Below are positions 25,868-53,545 of a stretch of 64,000 nucleotides of DNA, piece after piece; positions within the stretch are counted from its first letter, which is position 1; every line of letters begins with the position of its first letter. The notes beneath the pieces are model-generated. The model was not told the origin of the DNA, made no database searches, and saw only the letters and a program-made list of their open reading frames with translations. Both the position numbers and the translations under genes were made by a program. Location of the stretch: the NCBI GenBank assembly GCA_963693365.1, contig CAVNZM010000018.1:739861-803860 (forward strand). Reading direction: 5' to 3'. The stretch is from Amoebidium appalachense. Lineage: Eukaryota > Protista > Ichthyosporea.

Positions 25868-27344
25868 CCCCCATGTTTTAGATTAATCTTCAAGATTAAT
25901 CAATCTTGTATCCCGGGAATTCTGGAAAATCGGTCAATTAGAGTGATTAATCTTCAACATTAATCTCAACTCCCCCTCAAAAAACGGAGTTTTTTCCCGT
26001 AAAAATGGTCCGACGGGGCTGAAATTTTCCATGAGCGAAGCAAACATATAAAGGTTTGAAAGCCCAGCGGCTGGGTGTGTGCTGCATATGGACTTTTCGG
26101 CACAGCGAGAGCGTGACGGTAGGTGAATATGGATATCGAGGATCATTAATCAAGGAGCCACAGTGACTGCTGCAAGGCTTGAATGATTGATCTGAGTGTG
26201 CTGTATTGCATTATGATGTGGGGGGAAAAACGCTGCGTTTCAACAAAGAAAGGGGAGAGCAATGCTTTTACACCCCTCGAGTGCAGTATACCATTGGTTG
26301 CTGTTCGAACAAGACCCATTTATGGTGTGACGTATAGCCTTTTTTAGCTGTTGTAAACAAACAACACGGGCCGTGGGCCCGTGGCTACTTTTGAGGACCC
26401 TGCTTGTAGATTATCATCTCACACCCAACTTGAACCCGTAGCGTTGCTGTGGATACACCCTGTCGTTTTCACTTTCTTTTTGTTTTCTTGTTGTTTTTTT
26501 TTTGTTTTTGGTGATGGACGCAAAGAATGGAAGGGGACTTTGAAATAATATTTGATGATAATAGTGGTGGGTTTGAAGCCGGGGCAGTAGACTCAGACAT
26601 CTTTAACGATTTCTTTGCTGACGAAAGCACAAGTGATACAGAAGATTCTGTTGACAACGGTGATACCACACTCACAGGAAAATGGCGTATTTATGACGCC
26701 AAGCAAGTAGAGTTAACACTCAAAGCAGACGATGTTGAAAACAGGCTTTTAGATACGTTCAGGAAGGAGGCCTCGGAGATCCAGAAACGTTTGCTAACCC
26801 ACTTTTCTGGAGAGCCAACCATTAGTAACGTCCTCGATCTCTTCTTTTCACCACTCATTCTCCAGACACTGCTTGAGACTATCAATATTGGACTCCGTGC
26901 ACGCAAGAAGAGGACTGCCACACTACACGATTTACACGGTTTCCTGAAAGTGATATGCTATTTGTCATTCTACGGTGTACACATGTGTCCCCCTCCGTGT
27001 TCTATGGTGTTAAACTGAGCCACGCATTCCCAACCGCAAACACCTCCACTTTTCATATTTTGTTTTTGTTGTTTCGTCCTGATTTTCTCTATGCAAAGGA
27101 GCCTGTCTGAAGCTGTGTAGGTGTGTATGTGCCGTGTGTGTGTGTGGGGGGGGGGGGGGGGGGGGGGGGGGGGGAGGGGGGGGGGGGCTTCTTTTTCCTT
27201 CTCCCCCCCCCCCCCCTAGTTTTTGGAATATACGTAATAGCAAGGGGGACTGGCGGCATGCCAGTAGCAGTGTATGTGTGTATGTGTGTGGGTGTGGGTT
27301 TGTGTGTGTGTATGTGTGTGTGCGGGTTGGCGGGGGGGAGGGGG

Positions 27345-27378
<34 letters not shown>

Positions 27379-28131
27379 CTGCCTGCCGTTGTATTCAGTA
27401 CCCTGCATACATCTGTGTATGAAGCACAAACAATACGGTCACTGTGCTTTGATGGTTTTGAAATTAAATTAGTGGCACGTTTCTGTGGTTACAGACCTGT
27501 ATTTGGTTTCATTATAAATATATATACATAAATATATGTAGCACATTAGTTATTAGTATTAATAATCCCTTTTTGGAAGATCATAAATAATTGAAAATGT
27601 AACATAGTACTACTATAATTGTTTCCAGAAATGTCACCGAAAATTATGTGTGGCTCTTGGAGAGGAAGAAAAAGATGGTTGAAATCATGCAACATGTTTC
27701 AGTGTGTATGGAAAACGTCTATCATGAATGATTCCCCCACCCCCCCCCGCCTCCCCCTTCCTACATAGCCCGGCCCGAATTCCTGCCCCCTCCCCTCCCC
27801 CCCCCACCCCCCCCCCCCCCTCCCCCCTCCCCCCCCCCCTCCCCCCCCCCCCCCCCCCCCCCCCCCTCCTTGAACACACACACACACGCACGCACTGTGG
27901 CACCTGCCCACCTAACCGTGGTCACCCTAACACACACATGTGCACACACACACAAACACGTACCGTAGCACAAAGACATGACACACACACATGGCATGGC
28001 ACACACATTGAAACGGCCAGGTACATGCATTCACGAGTGCACATATCACACTCACCCCGGGGCCCCGGCTCCCTGTTAAATAATAAGGAAATTCTATTCA
28101 TAGCAATATTGTACAGATACACAGACATTAT

Positions 28132-28163
<32 letters not shown>

Positions 28164-28745
28164 CCCCAACACACATGCACATGCACCGGCTGCCCACCCA
28201 ACCACCCTGACACACGTACGTGCACACCGTGGCACACGGACTCGTACATGCATGTATATAGAGATATACACACACACTGCATGCCGTGGCACACACTGCA
28301 CTGTGAAACACAGTGCGTAACACGTGCCACACGTGCACACACCGCAAACAAGCACGGTGGCATCATACATGCTGAAAAACACACATGCACCCACACACAC
28401 ACACACGCGGTACACACTCACACGCAAACCGTGGACACCGTCACAGAAAACATGCACCGGCACACACTCTCTGCAATGTACACACGTACAAGCGTGTGCA
28501 TTGCATACAAACACACCCACACAAGCACACACACACGTCATCACAGCTGAACACACTAACATCAGCATGTGCGTACAATAGCACATGCATTTTAAGTTGA
28601 CCTGTACAGTACCACGGCACCGTGTTACGTGGCATCCATGCACTGAATGCAGCGTACACGTGGCACCACACACACCCGTATGTGTGCTTGTCTATATAGG
28701 CATATGCACAGGCCTAGGCACACATGTGCACACGCACGTGCACAC

Positions 28746-28791
<46 letters not shown>

Positions 28792-29189
28792 ACGCACACA
28801 CCAGCACACAGACACACACACAGCACACACACATACACACACACACACACATACAGAGAAAGTGAGAGAGTACCTCACACATGACACCGGGAGCCCGCTG
28901 TGCGCGCACAATTAACACGTGAGCTTCGTGAGCCGCGGCCGGCTGCCGATCATATGCATGTGCCGCGGGATCCAGCCGCTGTGATTAATCTTCTTCTCGG
29001 ATTGATTAATCTTCTTTTACGCTCGCACCTCTTCTCGAAGGTGTATAATAAACATGGATATTATAGACATAAACACCCAAAAAAAATTACATAGGCGTTT
29101 TCTTGACTATCAATGGGCTGCTGGGTAAGTCGGTGGAAGCGCCGCAAATGTGATTAACGTTGAAGATTAATCATTTGATTACAGGGGGG
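25868..29189 (+). mobile_element. piggyBac-like DNA transposon, internally deleted, 3322 bp
   Basis: Ends CCCCCATGT..GATTAATCTTCAA and TTGAAGATTAATC..ACAGGGGGG are imperfect inverted repeats. A 4-bp TTAG flanks both sides (25864-25867, 29190-29193). GATTAATCTTC subterminal repeats at both ends. Contains a transposase N-terminal fragment. Confidence 0.8.
26527..27018 (+). pseudogene. piggyBac-like transposase N-terminal fragment
   Basis: Acidic N-terminus, then PTISNVLDLFFSPLILQTLLETIN..TLHDLHGFLKVICYLSFYG, which resembles the start of the DDE_Tnp_1_7 domain (F.LFF..IL..IV..TN..T..E...FL). No catalytic DDD region recognised downstream. Confidence 0.7.
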
Positions 29190-29803
29190 TTAGATGCTCG
29201 AGAGAGAGCGATGAGAGGTCGAAACGGCTGAACTTTCCCGAATATATGTGGCTGAAATTTTCCTCAGCCCTTTCTTCGAGAAAGTAATTTGAACTGGAAT
29301 TCATCGTACGACGTGAAGAGGAGTGAGTGTGAGTCAGAGCCACAGTTGATAAACGCGAAATGTGCGTATGTAAATTTTTTTTTTTTTTTTTATAAAGAAT
29401 TTATTGTAAATTTGTCATGCAGCATGCCTTGTGTCTGCAGCTTCGTTCACTAGTGTTGAAACATGTTTTCTCTGCTCGTTTTACGCTGGCACGGCTTTAG
29501 GGTTCCCGAGACATTTTTCTGGAATATATGTGAGCCGCCTGCACATATATCCAAGTCAGCGTTACGTCATCGCGGTGCTGTAGTGCCCAATCAGGTGCGG
29601 CGCGCGCGCGCGCCGAGAGACTCAAAAGCTCCCTTTGAGTCGTGCATGCACATTCTTGCCGACGACTTTTCGTTGATTTAGCTATTTACGTATAGTCCAT
29701 GCTTACAGTTTGCAAACTAACATTATATCTTTGTGGCCATATGCATGTCCGTTTCTTTAGCTGTTGATATTTACCCCTGCTTTCTCCATGAATCATTCTC
29801 AAG

Positions 29804-31645
29804 ATGGATTCCCCTAGCCCCCCGTTTTTTCTCGTTCCAGACGAAATCCTTGACCGCATCTTCATGCTAGCAAACAAAGACAATGACGTTATGCTGACCC
29901 GTCTTGCTCTTACATGCAAGCATTTCACATCCGTTGCCTCTAGTTTTTGGCGTAAAAGAGTCCTTGAAGACCCTCTGGCTTACTGGAACGCACATCCCTG
30001 CTTGAACGAACAACGAGTCCTCTCCCTTCTCACCAAACTATACGGCCGGGAACCACCACGCCATGAGCCCAACTCCTCTTTGCACCCTGCCTATCTGTGT
30101 GTTGCTGCTTCTTTTGGATATAGTGAAGTTGTTTCTTTCCTTCTACGTCGTTTCAATTTCAGCCCCTTGAGTGTTGAGGTTGTGTCGCATTGTGCTGGTG
30201 CATACGGACACATGTCTTCTCACCGAGTTTCCAGACGTGTCCAACGAAGCCATTATACACTTCTGGGATTCCAACACAATGCCTACGCCCTTTTTTGTCG
30301 TTGATGTTCTTGTTAAAAAAGACCGGAGTGCGGATCGATTTTTCCGTTTTCCCGTGGTGGAGTATCCTGGGCTGTCGGGCAAGCAAATCAGGCTTCCTGC
30401 AATCAGAGTGTTTTGGTGTGAGGGAATAGGCTCGAGCTATGACCTGTTTGTAGTGTATTTTACCACAGTTACGGAGGGAAGCTGGAAAAAAACCACCCTC
30501 ACTGAGCTGCACCAAACGGAGAACATGTCGGCCAATTGGCCCTGCTTGACCAAGTGCATTCCTGCCTTTCCCCCAGATGTTGCTACCCGTGTCCGAAATC
30601 TTCGAGACACAGATTTCCAAGGTTTTCGAGACACTCGAGCGGTCATGTTCTTCACACGATGGCTTCTTTCAACACAAGCACACTGTGCTGGTGCTCAGTG
30701 GGACTATCGTGCCAGTGCGTTTGTTGGGTTGACGAGTGAAATCTCTGACTCCACATGCAAGGAGATCGCAGACATGATCGTCCAGGAAGAACCCATGCAA
30801 GCAGGGGCACGTATGTTGTTTGGCACCTTCCTGCTCCCCTCAGGTGCCCAGAATTTGGAAAATATGAGTGAGCCAGTGACAGCTTTATTCGCCGGCATTT
30901 GTGGCCTCGAAACGATGCGCGCAGCAAGCCCGCGCTTTTCGCGGAGAAGCTACTTTATGTCTAGTGCCTAATTTACGCACATTGGAAACTTAGCGCTTTT
31001 CTTTGGGCACACGGACACAGCACAGCAGCCTTTAGCCTGATGTGCCCTGGCGTGAGGAAATTGCTGGCAGATTCGATAGCAGCAGAAAACGACACCTCAC
31101 AATGGGCCACCCTGCAAGCCGCCGCAGAGGTTAGTGTGCACGTCCACACTGCACGAATGAGCGGTGACGTTGAGATGAGAGCACTTTCTTTGCTACGCCA
31201 AGTCGCACCGCTCCAAAAGACCGAGGCAGTTTTCTCTGCATACCTGCGCACGTTCTTCGGACATGACTTTGCAATTGCAGACGGTGGTTGTTATGGTTTC
31301 ATAACATATCCGTGCACTAAAGGAGATGCTGAGGAAATTATTTCATCGCAAAACACCCTTGTGCATCAATGGGTTTTGTCGTTCCCCATTACTGCTGATG
31401 CTGCGCGCAGGGCTGTGTTGTCTTGTGTTCCTTCAAACAGATATCCTTCTGTTGAGGAGAAGACTCAGAGAGCTTCTTTCGAGCGGCTTGCGCGGCAGCT
31501 TCAAGCGCTGCTCCAAGACGAAAGGTTTCGGCAGCCGCAGCCCCCTTGGACCTTCCTATTTCTTGCCGCAAAATGGGGCCCGCACTTTCCAGGGATCAAA
31601 AAGGCACTGCTCTCCATCCCAACCCTCCCTTTGAGTACAGCATGA
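29804..31645 (+). pseudogene. Intronless F-box + ankyrin-like gene broken into three frames
   Basis: F-box-like FFLVPDEILDRIFML..LALTCKHFTSVASSFW. Ankyrin-like LCVAASFGYSEVVSFLL, CAGAYGH and LALFFGHTDTAQ. Frameshift at ~30212, in-frame TAA at 30969-30971, second frameshift at ~31030. About 1.8 kb with no microsatellite introns. Confidence 0.72.
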
Positions 31646-31716
31646 CGCTGTGGCAGTCTCCAATAATCAGCAGGCTAGATGGTGTGTGCATCCCCCCCCC
31701 TCCCCCCCCCCTCCCT

Positions 31717-31763
<47 letters not shown>

Positions 31764-32315
31764 ACACACACGTGCGGACGCGCACACACACATACACACG
31801 CACAATCACACCGGCTTCTTACTTGGCTTGCCCTTGCCCCCCCCCCCCCCCCCTCCCCTCCCCCCCCACCCCCCTCCCCCTCCCCCCCCCCCCCTTACCA
31901 TCTCCCGGCTTCCAAGCTCTCTATTTGTCTAACCCGGGCTTTAGTGACACGCTCCTTTCAACTGCTATCACCGTTTACCTGGAGCGGGTTTTGCCTCCCT
32001 CCCCCCTCCCCCTCTTCCCCCCCCCCCCCCACACACACACACACACCTGCCCACCCGCCCGCCCGCACCTCGTGTTTTCCCCTTCTGCCGTCCCCCCTCT
32101 GCCAGTCTGCTGCTGTAGTTTCAACTGGGATGGGCCTTAATAGAAACCATGCCTGAGAGAAAAACTTGTGCAAGTGTCTTCCGCCTTCAATTAATTCGGC
32201 TTCCAATTTTTACACAGTATGTATCTGTCTATGGGGCTCTCTGCTTTTAGCTGATATCTTTACGTTCACATTCGGCATTCTCTGATGCATATTCCTCTCC
32301 CCCTCCCTCCCCTCT

Positions 32316-32360
<45 letters not shown>

Positions 32361-32492
32361 GGAGGGAAAAAAAACAAAATAAAAAATGAAACTTACCCAA
32401 ACACATAACCGATCATAGCCCATCACTTTTCCTCAATATCAAACCATTTGTTGGCTCTTGCCTCGAAAAGGCTCCATAGTCTGCATTTTGCT

Positions 32493-32548
<56 letters not shown>

Positions 32549-32631
32549 ACACACACAAGTCGCAAGCACGTTGAAACACATGCGCAAAGTACCACCAGGA
32601 CACAACCAACCACACACATGCATGTGAGCAC

Positions 32632-32744
<113 letters not shown>

Positions 32745-33577
32745 GCACGCACGCACGCACATGCATATGTACACACACAAAATTGTTGCCCCAAGAAACA
32801 CTCACAAACTGGCATGCACACTATGCTCACAGAGCTCTGTGTCTTCAACTTGTGGATTTCAACTGGTGCTCTACCCTGGTGGAATGGATTGGCGTTATGT
32901 GCCCTGGCGAAACGGCTGCACGCTCGTTGTGTTCAACGGCGATGTAGCGTATTGCTAATGCTATAAATGTTTTTGCTTGTTGGCTTTCTCATTTAGAACC
33001 ATGTTTTAAAGTTTTGTCGAGTACTAGTGTTTAATGTGCTCCCATGTATAGGACATTCAAGTGTTGTTTTTCTGGCAAACGTTACTGTGTGTATCAGACT
33101 CTTCTTCTGCTTCTTTTCTTTTTTTTTAACAAAAAAAATGTGATTGCTTCTTTTTCTGCCAAGTGGTGTTTGGGTGCTGGCACCCAGGATCCCATTATTT
33201 ATACCAAAAAATATTCTTCTTTGCAGCTGAATCGATATGAATCCAACTCTGTGATGATGTTAGTGTGTATATTCTTTGTAATAAATATCATACTATGAAA
33301 ATTTTTGATATACAATCATCACCCACAATCATCACCCGAGATCCATGTGCCTGATATAACGCTAAGCGGCATACCGAGCAAAATCTCAAATAAATCCAGT
33401 CAAAATAAGGGGGAAAATGTATCTGAGACTGGGCTCTGTTAAGGCCCTATCACATCGGATGAGCCACTTGCTCTTGCAACCAGAATTATTCTGCAGAACT
33501 CAGAAATATTGTGCAACACGCACAATTAATCTGCTAAAAACAGAATTGTTCAGCAACAGCAGAATTATTCGCAGACA

Positions 33578-33608
<31 letters not shown>

Positions 33609-34188
33609 TGCTAATCTGGCGCACATATACACAAACCTAGTACTTATCAGCTACTTGTAAACGCTATTTATCAGCTGTTTACCGTAGATGTTACAAATGC
33701 TATCACTGCAACGAGTGTGTATCTTTGATTGTGTGGTTGATTGCTATTTTGTGAGTAGTCTCTAAGCAGGCGCCCCTACCGCATGCCATGTCTTGACACC
33801 CACACGAAAATCACACACACACATATGCTCACACACGCGCGCGCATACACGCACGCACATGCGCTGTTACATGCTTGCACATTTAAATAGTCCTTTTTTC
33901 TTTTTCCATGGCCCTCCTCTCTTCCTCCGCTGTCCCTCCCCCCGCCTCCCCTCCCCCCTCCCGTCCCCCCCCTCCCGTCCCCCCCCCCCCCCCCCCCCCC
34001 CCCTTCCGCCCTCCCCGCCCCCACCTCCCCACCCCACTCCCAAGCCCCTCCCCACTCGGCCATTTCCTCCCTCACACACCACCCCAACGCCCACCTACCA
34101 TCATTCCACCGCTGTGTTCTGATTTACCGTATACTTTTTTTTCCTGGAAATTTATTGCCATGTTCCTTTTATTGCATACATCCCAACC

Positions 34189-34238
<50 letters not shown>

Positions 34239-35925
34239 AAGTGTGTGTTATGTAAGGTGGGTGGGGCTGGGGGAGGGGGGGGGGGGGGGATGGGTGGCTG
34301 TGTGAGTGGGTGTATCAGTGGTTTGTGGGTGTGCGTGCATGCCTGCATGCCTGCGTGCCTGCATGCCTGCGTGCCTGCATGCCTGCGTGCCTGCATGCCT
34401 GCGTTCCTGCATGCGTGCGTGTGTGTGTGCACGTGTGAGTGGGTGGATTTATGGGCGCGCGCGTGTGCGCACATGCTTCTGTGTGTGAGAGGGGGGGGTG
34501 GAGGGTTAGAGCATGCAGTGTTTGGGGTGGAAAGGTGAGGGAAGGGGAGGGGGGGATAGGTGTGTGTGTGTATGTGTGCTCACGGATTCAATGTGTGTGT
34601 AGATATGTAGAAATGATATATGTATGTATACATGCGCCTGTGTAGACATGTTGGTATTTACTTGCAACTTTGTTTGTAGCTTGGCACTGCTGGTCGTTTT
34701 GTGTTTTTCTACATGTTTTTCAGCTGGGCCGGAGGGTTTAGGGTGAAGAATAAGATTACGGGGGAGGAAATGGACGACACGGGGGGAAAGGGGTGGGGGT
34801 GGGTGGGGGGTGGGTGGGTGGGTGGGTGGGTGGGTGGGTGGGGGGAAGGTTTTCATGTTTGTGCCCAGAAAGGGTTGCCTAGTTTCAACTGTAGACTGGC
34901 TGGATGATTCAATGGCCATGGTGGTATTTGAAGCGATGCACAATCATGAGGTAACACGTGGTCAGGGAAAGGTGAGCTGAAATTTTAAATGAATTGGTAA
35001 AAACCCCGGGCCTCTCCTGAGAAGTGGGCGGGCGGGAGAGGTAGGGGGCTAACAACATGCTTGACCCCTGCTGGCGACGGCTATTTTGCCAACTTGCTGT
35101 CTTCTTTCTGCCAGATCTGCAACTTGATGATTGGTTAATAAATTTATTGAAATGTGGGTGTGAGGGGTGGGTATTTTTTTTTTTTTTCTGGGGGGGGGGA
35201 GGGGAGGTGGGGATGGGGAAATAGATGTTGGGTAAGGGCGGGGCGGGGGGAGGGGGGGGGAGGGGGGGGGGGGACGGAGCGTGAAACATCTCAGAGGGGG
35301 GAGGGAATCGTGGAAGATTGAGACAGTGGCAGGGGCAGGGGTAAGAAAGAAAGGGGAGGGGAAGGGGACGAGGGAGGGAGGGAAAGAGGGAGGGAGAATT
35401 TAAAAGAGAGGGAGAGGAAGGGAGGCACGGTGAGGAAAAAGAGGAAAAAGAGAGTGAGGAAGGGTGGGCAGGAAGAGGAAGAGATGAGTGAGAGGGTGAA
35501 AAAGAGAATGGGAGGGAGGGGGAGGAACGGAGTGGGAGGTGAGCAGGTGGGAAGACGGGCCCAATGAAGGGTTTGGGGGGGAGGGAGGGGGCGGGAGGGG
35601 GGCAGGAGGGTGGGGGAGGGGAGGGGAGGAAGAGGTGTTGCTTAAGATAACAAAGTAGGTTTTTGACCAAATATGGTTATCCCTGCTACAATTCTAGTAG
35701 AACTGTGTCATAGATTGACCCAGCTAATTAAAACCCGACCCACAATTCTGTATTGCTGCATTAGGTTAGGACTTCTTGGGGCATCTGATATAATTAACAA
35801 GGACATTTGGAATTGCATACTAGGAATCGTGGAAACGTACTTTCGGTATTTGCTAATATGGTACTGGATCATTCGGAAGCTTCACAGCCTTCGCTTAAGC
35901 TTACGTGGGTTGAAGGGGACGGGAA

Positions 35926-36002
<77 letters not shown>
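35926..36002. repeat. Poly-G homopolymer of 77 nt, the longest of very many G/C runs
   Basis: Direct reading; the exact length may be an assembly estimate. Confidence 0.9.
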
Positions 36003-36003
<1 letters not shown>

Positions 36004-36938
36004 GCTTTGCTCATTAAATGGGTATTGCATCATGATGACAAGGGGAGTTTTTTTCAGCAGTACTATGGGTGGCATGTACTTTACAGACAGCAATTCCTGC
36101 AGTATCGTCGGCAAGGATTTGCGTCGGCAAGGATTTGCAGCGGCCATCATGTGGCGGTGTGCATTTGTGAGAGCGGTCACCCAAACTGGTGGCTGTGTGA
36201 TGAGGCGGCTAGTACAATTCTGTTTTTCGTACTCACAGAGATAGTTTCAAAATTTAGCTATGTGATCCGCCATCTCCCTTCCACCTTCCGGACCCCCCCC
36301 CCCCCCCCCCCCCCCGGGCACCCCCCAACTCTCCCCTGGACTAACACAGCCAGTTTCAAAAAGGCTTCAACCACACTTGAACCCCATCCCTCTCCCCCGC
36401 CCCCCCCCCCCTTCTCCCCCCCCCACCTCCCCCCCTTCCCCCTTTTCGGGGTATTCCTAGCCCTTCAATATCCGAAGTTACTGATCTGATCTTCGCATTT
36501 CTTTTTAAATTCCCCAATCTGGTGTGTGGATGTGAGTGTGTGGGTGTGGGTCAGTGTTTGCATGGGTGTCTGGATATGGTGGTGATGGTGGTGGTGGGTA
36601 CGTGTGGGAGTGGGTGGGTGGGGGGGGAGGGGGGAAGTGGGGAGAGGAGGGGGGAGGGGGTGAAGAGGGGGGAGGGGTGAAGGGAAGGGGAGGGGGGGCA
36701 GGAAGGAAGAGGGGGGGGCCGCTTTGTTAACTTATAAGTGGATGTGGGTCACAGGGTAGGTAAGCTAGAGAAGGTAATAAGCCGTACAACACTAGGTTAT
36801 GTCATAAATCCACATTTACAGGAGTCTCCATTCCGCTCCGCCCGTTCTGTCGTCTCCTAATTTGGACCCGCCCCCCCCCCCCTCCCCCCCCCCCCCCCCC
36901 CCGCCCACACCCATTGGTCCCCCTTCCCCTCCCCCCCC

Positions 36939-36973
<35 letters not shown>

Positions 36974-37214
36974 ACCCCCCCACCCCCTCCTCCTCCAGGG
37001 CAGAAAAAACCTTTGCAAGTGCACAGCTGCAATGCTGCAACAGCAAAGAAAAAATAAAATCCATTGGAATCATACGAGTGCCTGCACCCGGGTATAGAAA
37101 AAAGGCTTGGAGGCCATAATTGGGATTCACACTGAGAGTGAGTGAGTGTGTGAGTGAGTGTGAGTGTGAGTGTGAGTGTGAGTGTGAGTGAGTGTGAGTG
37201 TGAGTGTGAGTGTG

Positions 37215-37252
<38 letters not shown>

Positions 37253-37324
37253 TGAGTGAGTGAGTGAGTGAGTGAGTGAGTGTGTGAGTGTGTGTGTGTG
37301 TGTGCGCGCGTGCGTGTGTGTGTG

Positions 37325-37363
<39 letters not shown>

Positions 37364-37855
37364 ATGCTTGCAAATGTTTTTATTTGTTCAGAGCACAACT
37401 AAACCACATCAAAAACAACTACATATTGGAACTGGTGTCCTCGACTTCAGGTGAAAATAGACTTCACACTCAGCCCCGTCCAATCGGGAACAATTATTTA
37501 CATGGCCAGCCGGGTAGGAAAAGAATCAAAAACAGGGGAAAGAAGAAAAAAAAAGAAAAGAAAAGACAATCAAGGAAGCATTTACGGCCAGACTCTAAAA
37601 TCGAACCAATTAAAGCAGTCCTTTACATCTGTGTGTAACACACAGCCGCTTTGTGTGCACATCTTACCAAGCAAAACATTACCTATAAAAGTCACTAAAA
37701 GTGCACCCAAGGGCAGCTATTTCTAGTAACCTGACCAGTGTGCATTGTTTTCATTCACACACATTAATACCATCACATCAACCACCGCCTACAGCATATA
37801 CACCAGCACATCTACACAACACACGTGCAGAGAAACAGCATAACAACACCATCCC

Positions 37856-51392
<13,537 letters not shown>

Positions 51393-51812
51393 GGTGCTGG
51401 TTGGGCTACAACTTGGGGGTTGCCTAGATCTAATCGTCACCCCACCGGGTGCTAGCTGCTCAATCGTCACCCCACCGAGTGCTAGCTAATGTGCTCAGAG
51501 GATCCTTGCCTGGCAGGATGAATCTACCTCACAACCCTCTCGATGTCGAAAAGTACAATTGACAACAGAAGATTACCTGTAAATCTTTACAAGGTTTTTT
51601 CCCCCTTCTTTACATCACTATCACACACTACTACACACTTGAAATCTGGCGTAAATCGTTCAGTTTTTCCCCTCAGAATTTGGCACCAACGCCAATATCA
51701 CGTGTGTGCGTTCGAAAGCGCGCACTTTTTGTGTTGGCAACGAATCGGTGGAAGTGATTGTGATTGGTCAGAAACCGAGTCGCCTAGCGATTGGTGGACA
51801 CAGCATCCAGAA

Positions 51813-52930
<1,118 letters not shown>

Positions 52931-52980
52931 ATCCAGAAGAATCCATAAGCCGGTAAAAGCATGAGGCAGGTTGTCCATTC

Positions 52981-53290
52981 CATTGGTTACTGCTGTGACA
53001 AGCCCGTAACTCGCGAACCGCCATTTCAATATTGTATCAGATATTCTAATGTTATGAATGTATTTTGGCCCCAATACCGCCAAAAAAAACTATTATTTTT
53101 GTTAAAAGAATCATCAAGCTTCTTGTTTTGTTTCTTTGGTATTGGCTAGCAGATTTTGGTGTATCTTGTAATGTGTATTGGCTACCCGACATCACGTATT
53201 GGTTATTTGTCACGAGCTAGCACTATTTATAAAAGTGACGGTCATTCCACAACCAAACATGACTATTTATTGTATACTCTGATTGGCTAT
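52981..53290 (+). promoter_or_regulatory. Cluster of CCAAT/ATTGG boxes upstream of the LON-N gene
   Basis: ATTGG at ~52982, 53141, 53177, 53198 and 53282 and CCAAT at ~53071, 250-560 bp before the ATG. Function inferred. Confidence 0.4.
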
Positions 53291-53545
53291 AACAAGCCTG
53301 TGACTGTGAGCCGCTGTGCGCTGTGCCTGTGTCACAGACAATCACTGACTCAACCAGTCAATTAATTGTTCAACGCATCTAAGTTCAACGAAGAGTCGGA
53401 CTCTGAGGTGTTCTGGCTTCCGAATTGGAATCAGCAGCTGTACTTGTGGTGACAAATACACAAGGGTTGAATCAGCAGCTGTACATGTGGTGACAAATAC
53501 ACTAGGGTTGGTGCTCGTGTACACAGTATACGACACATAGCCACC

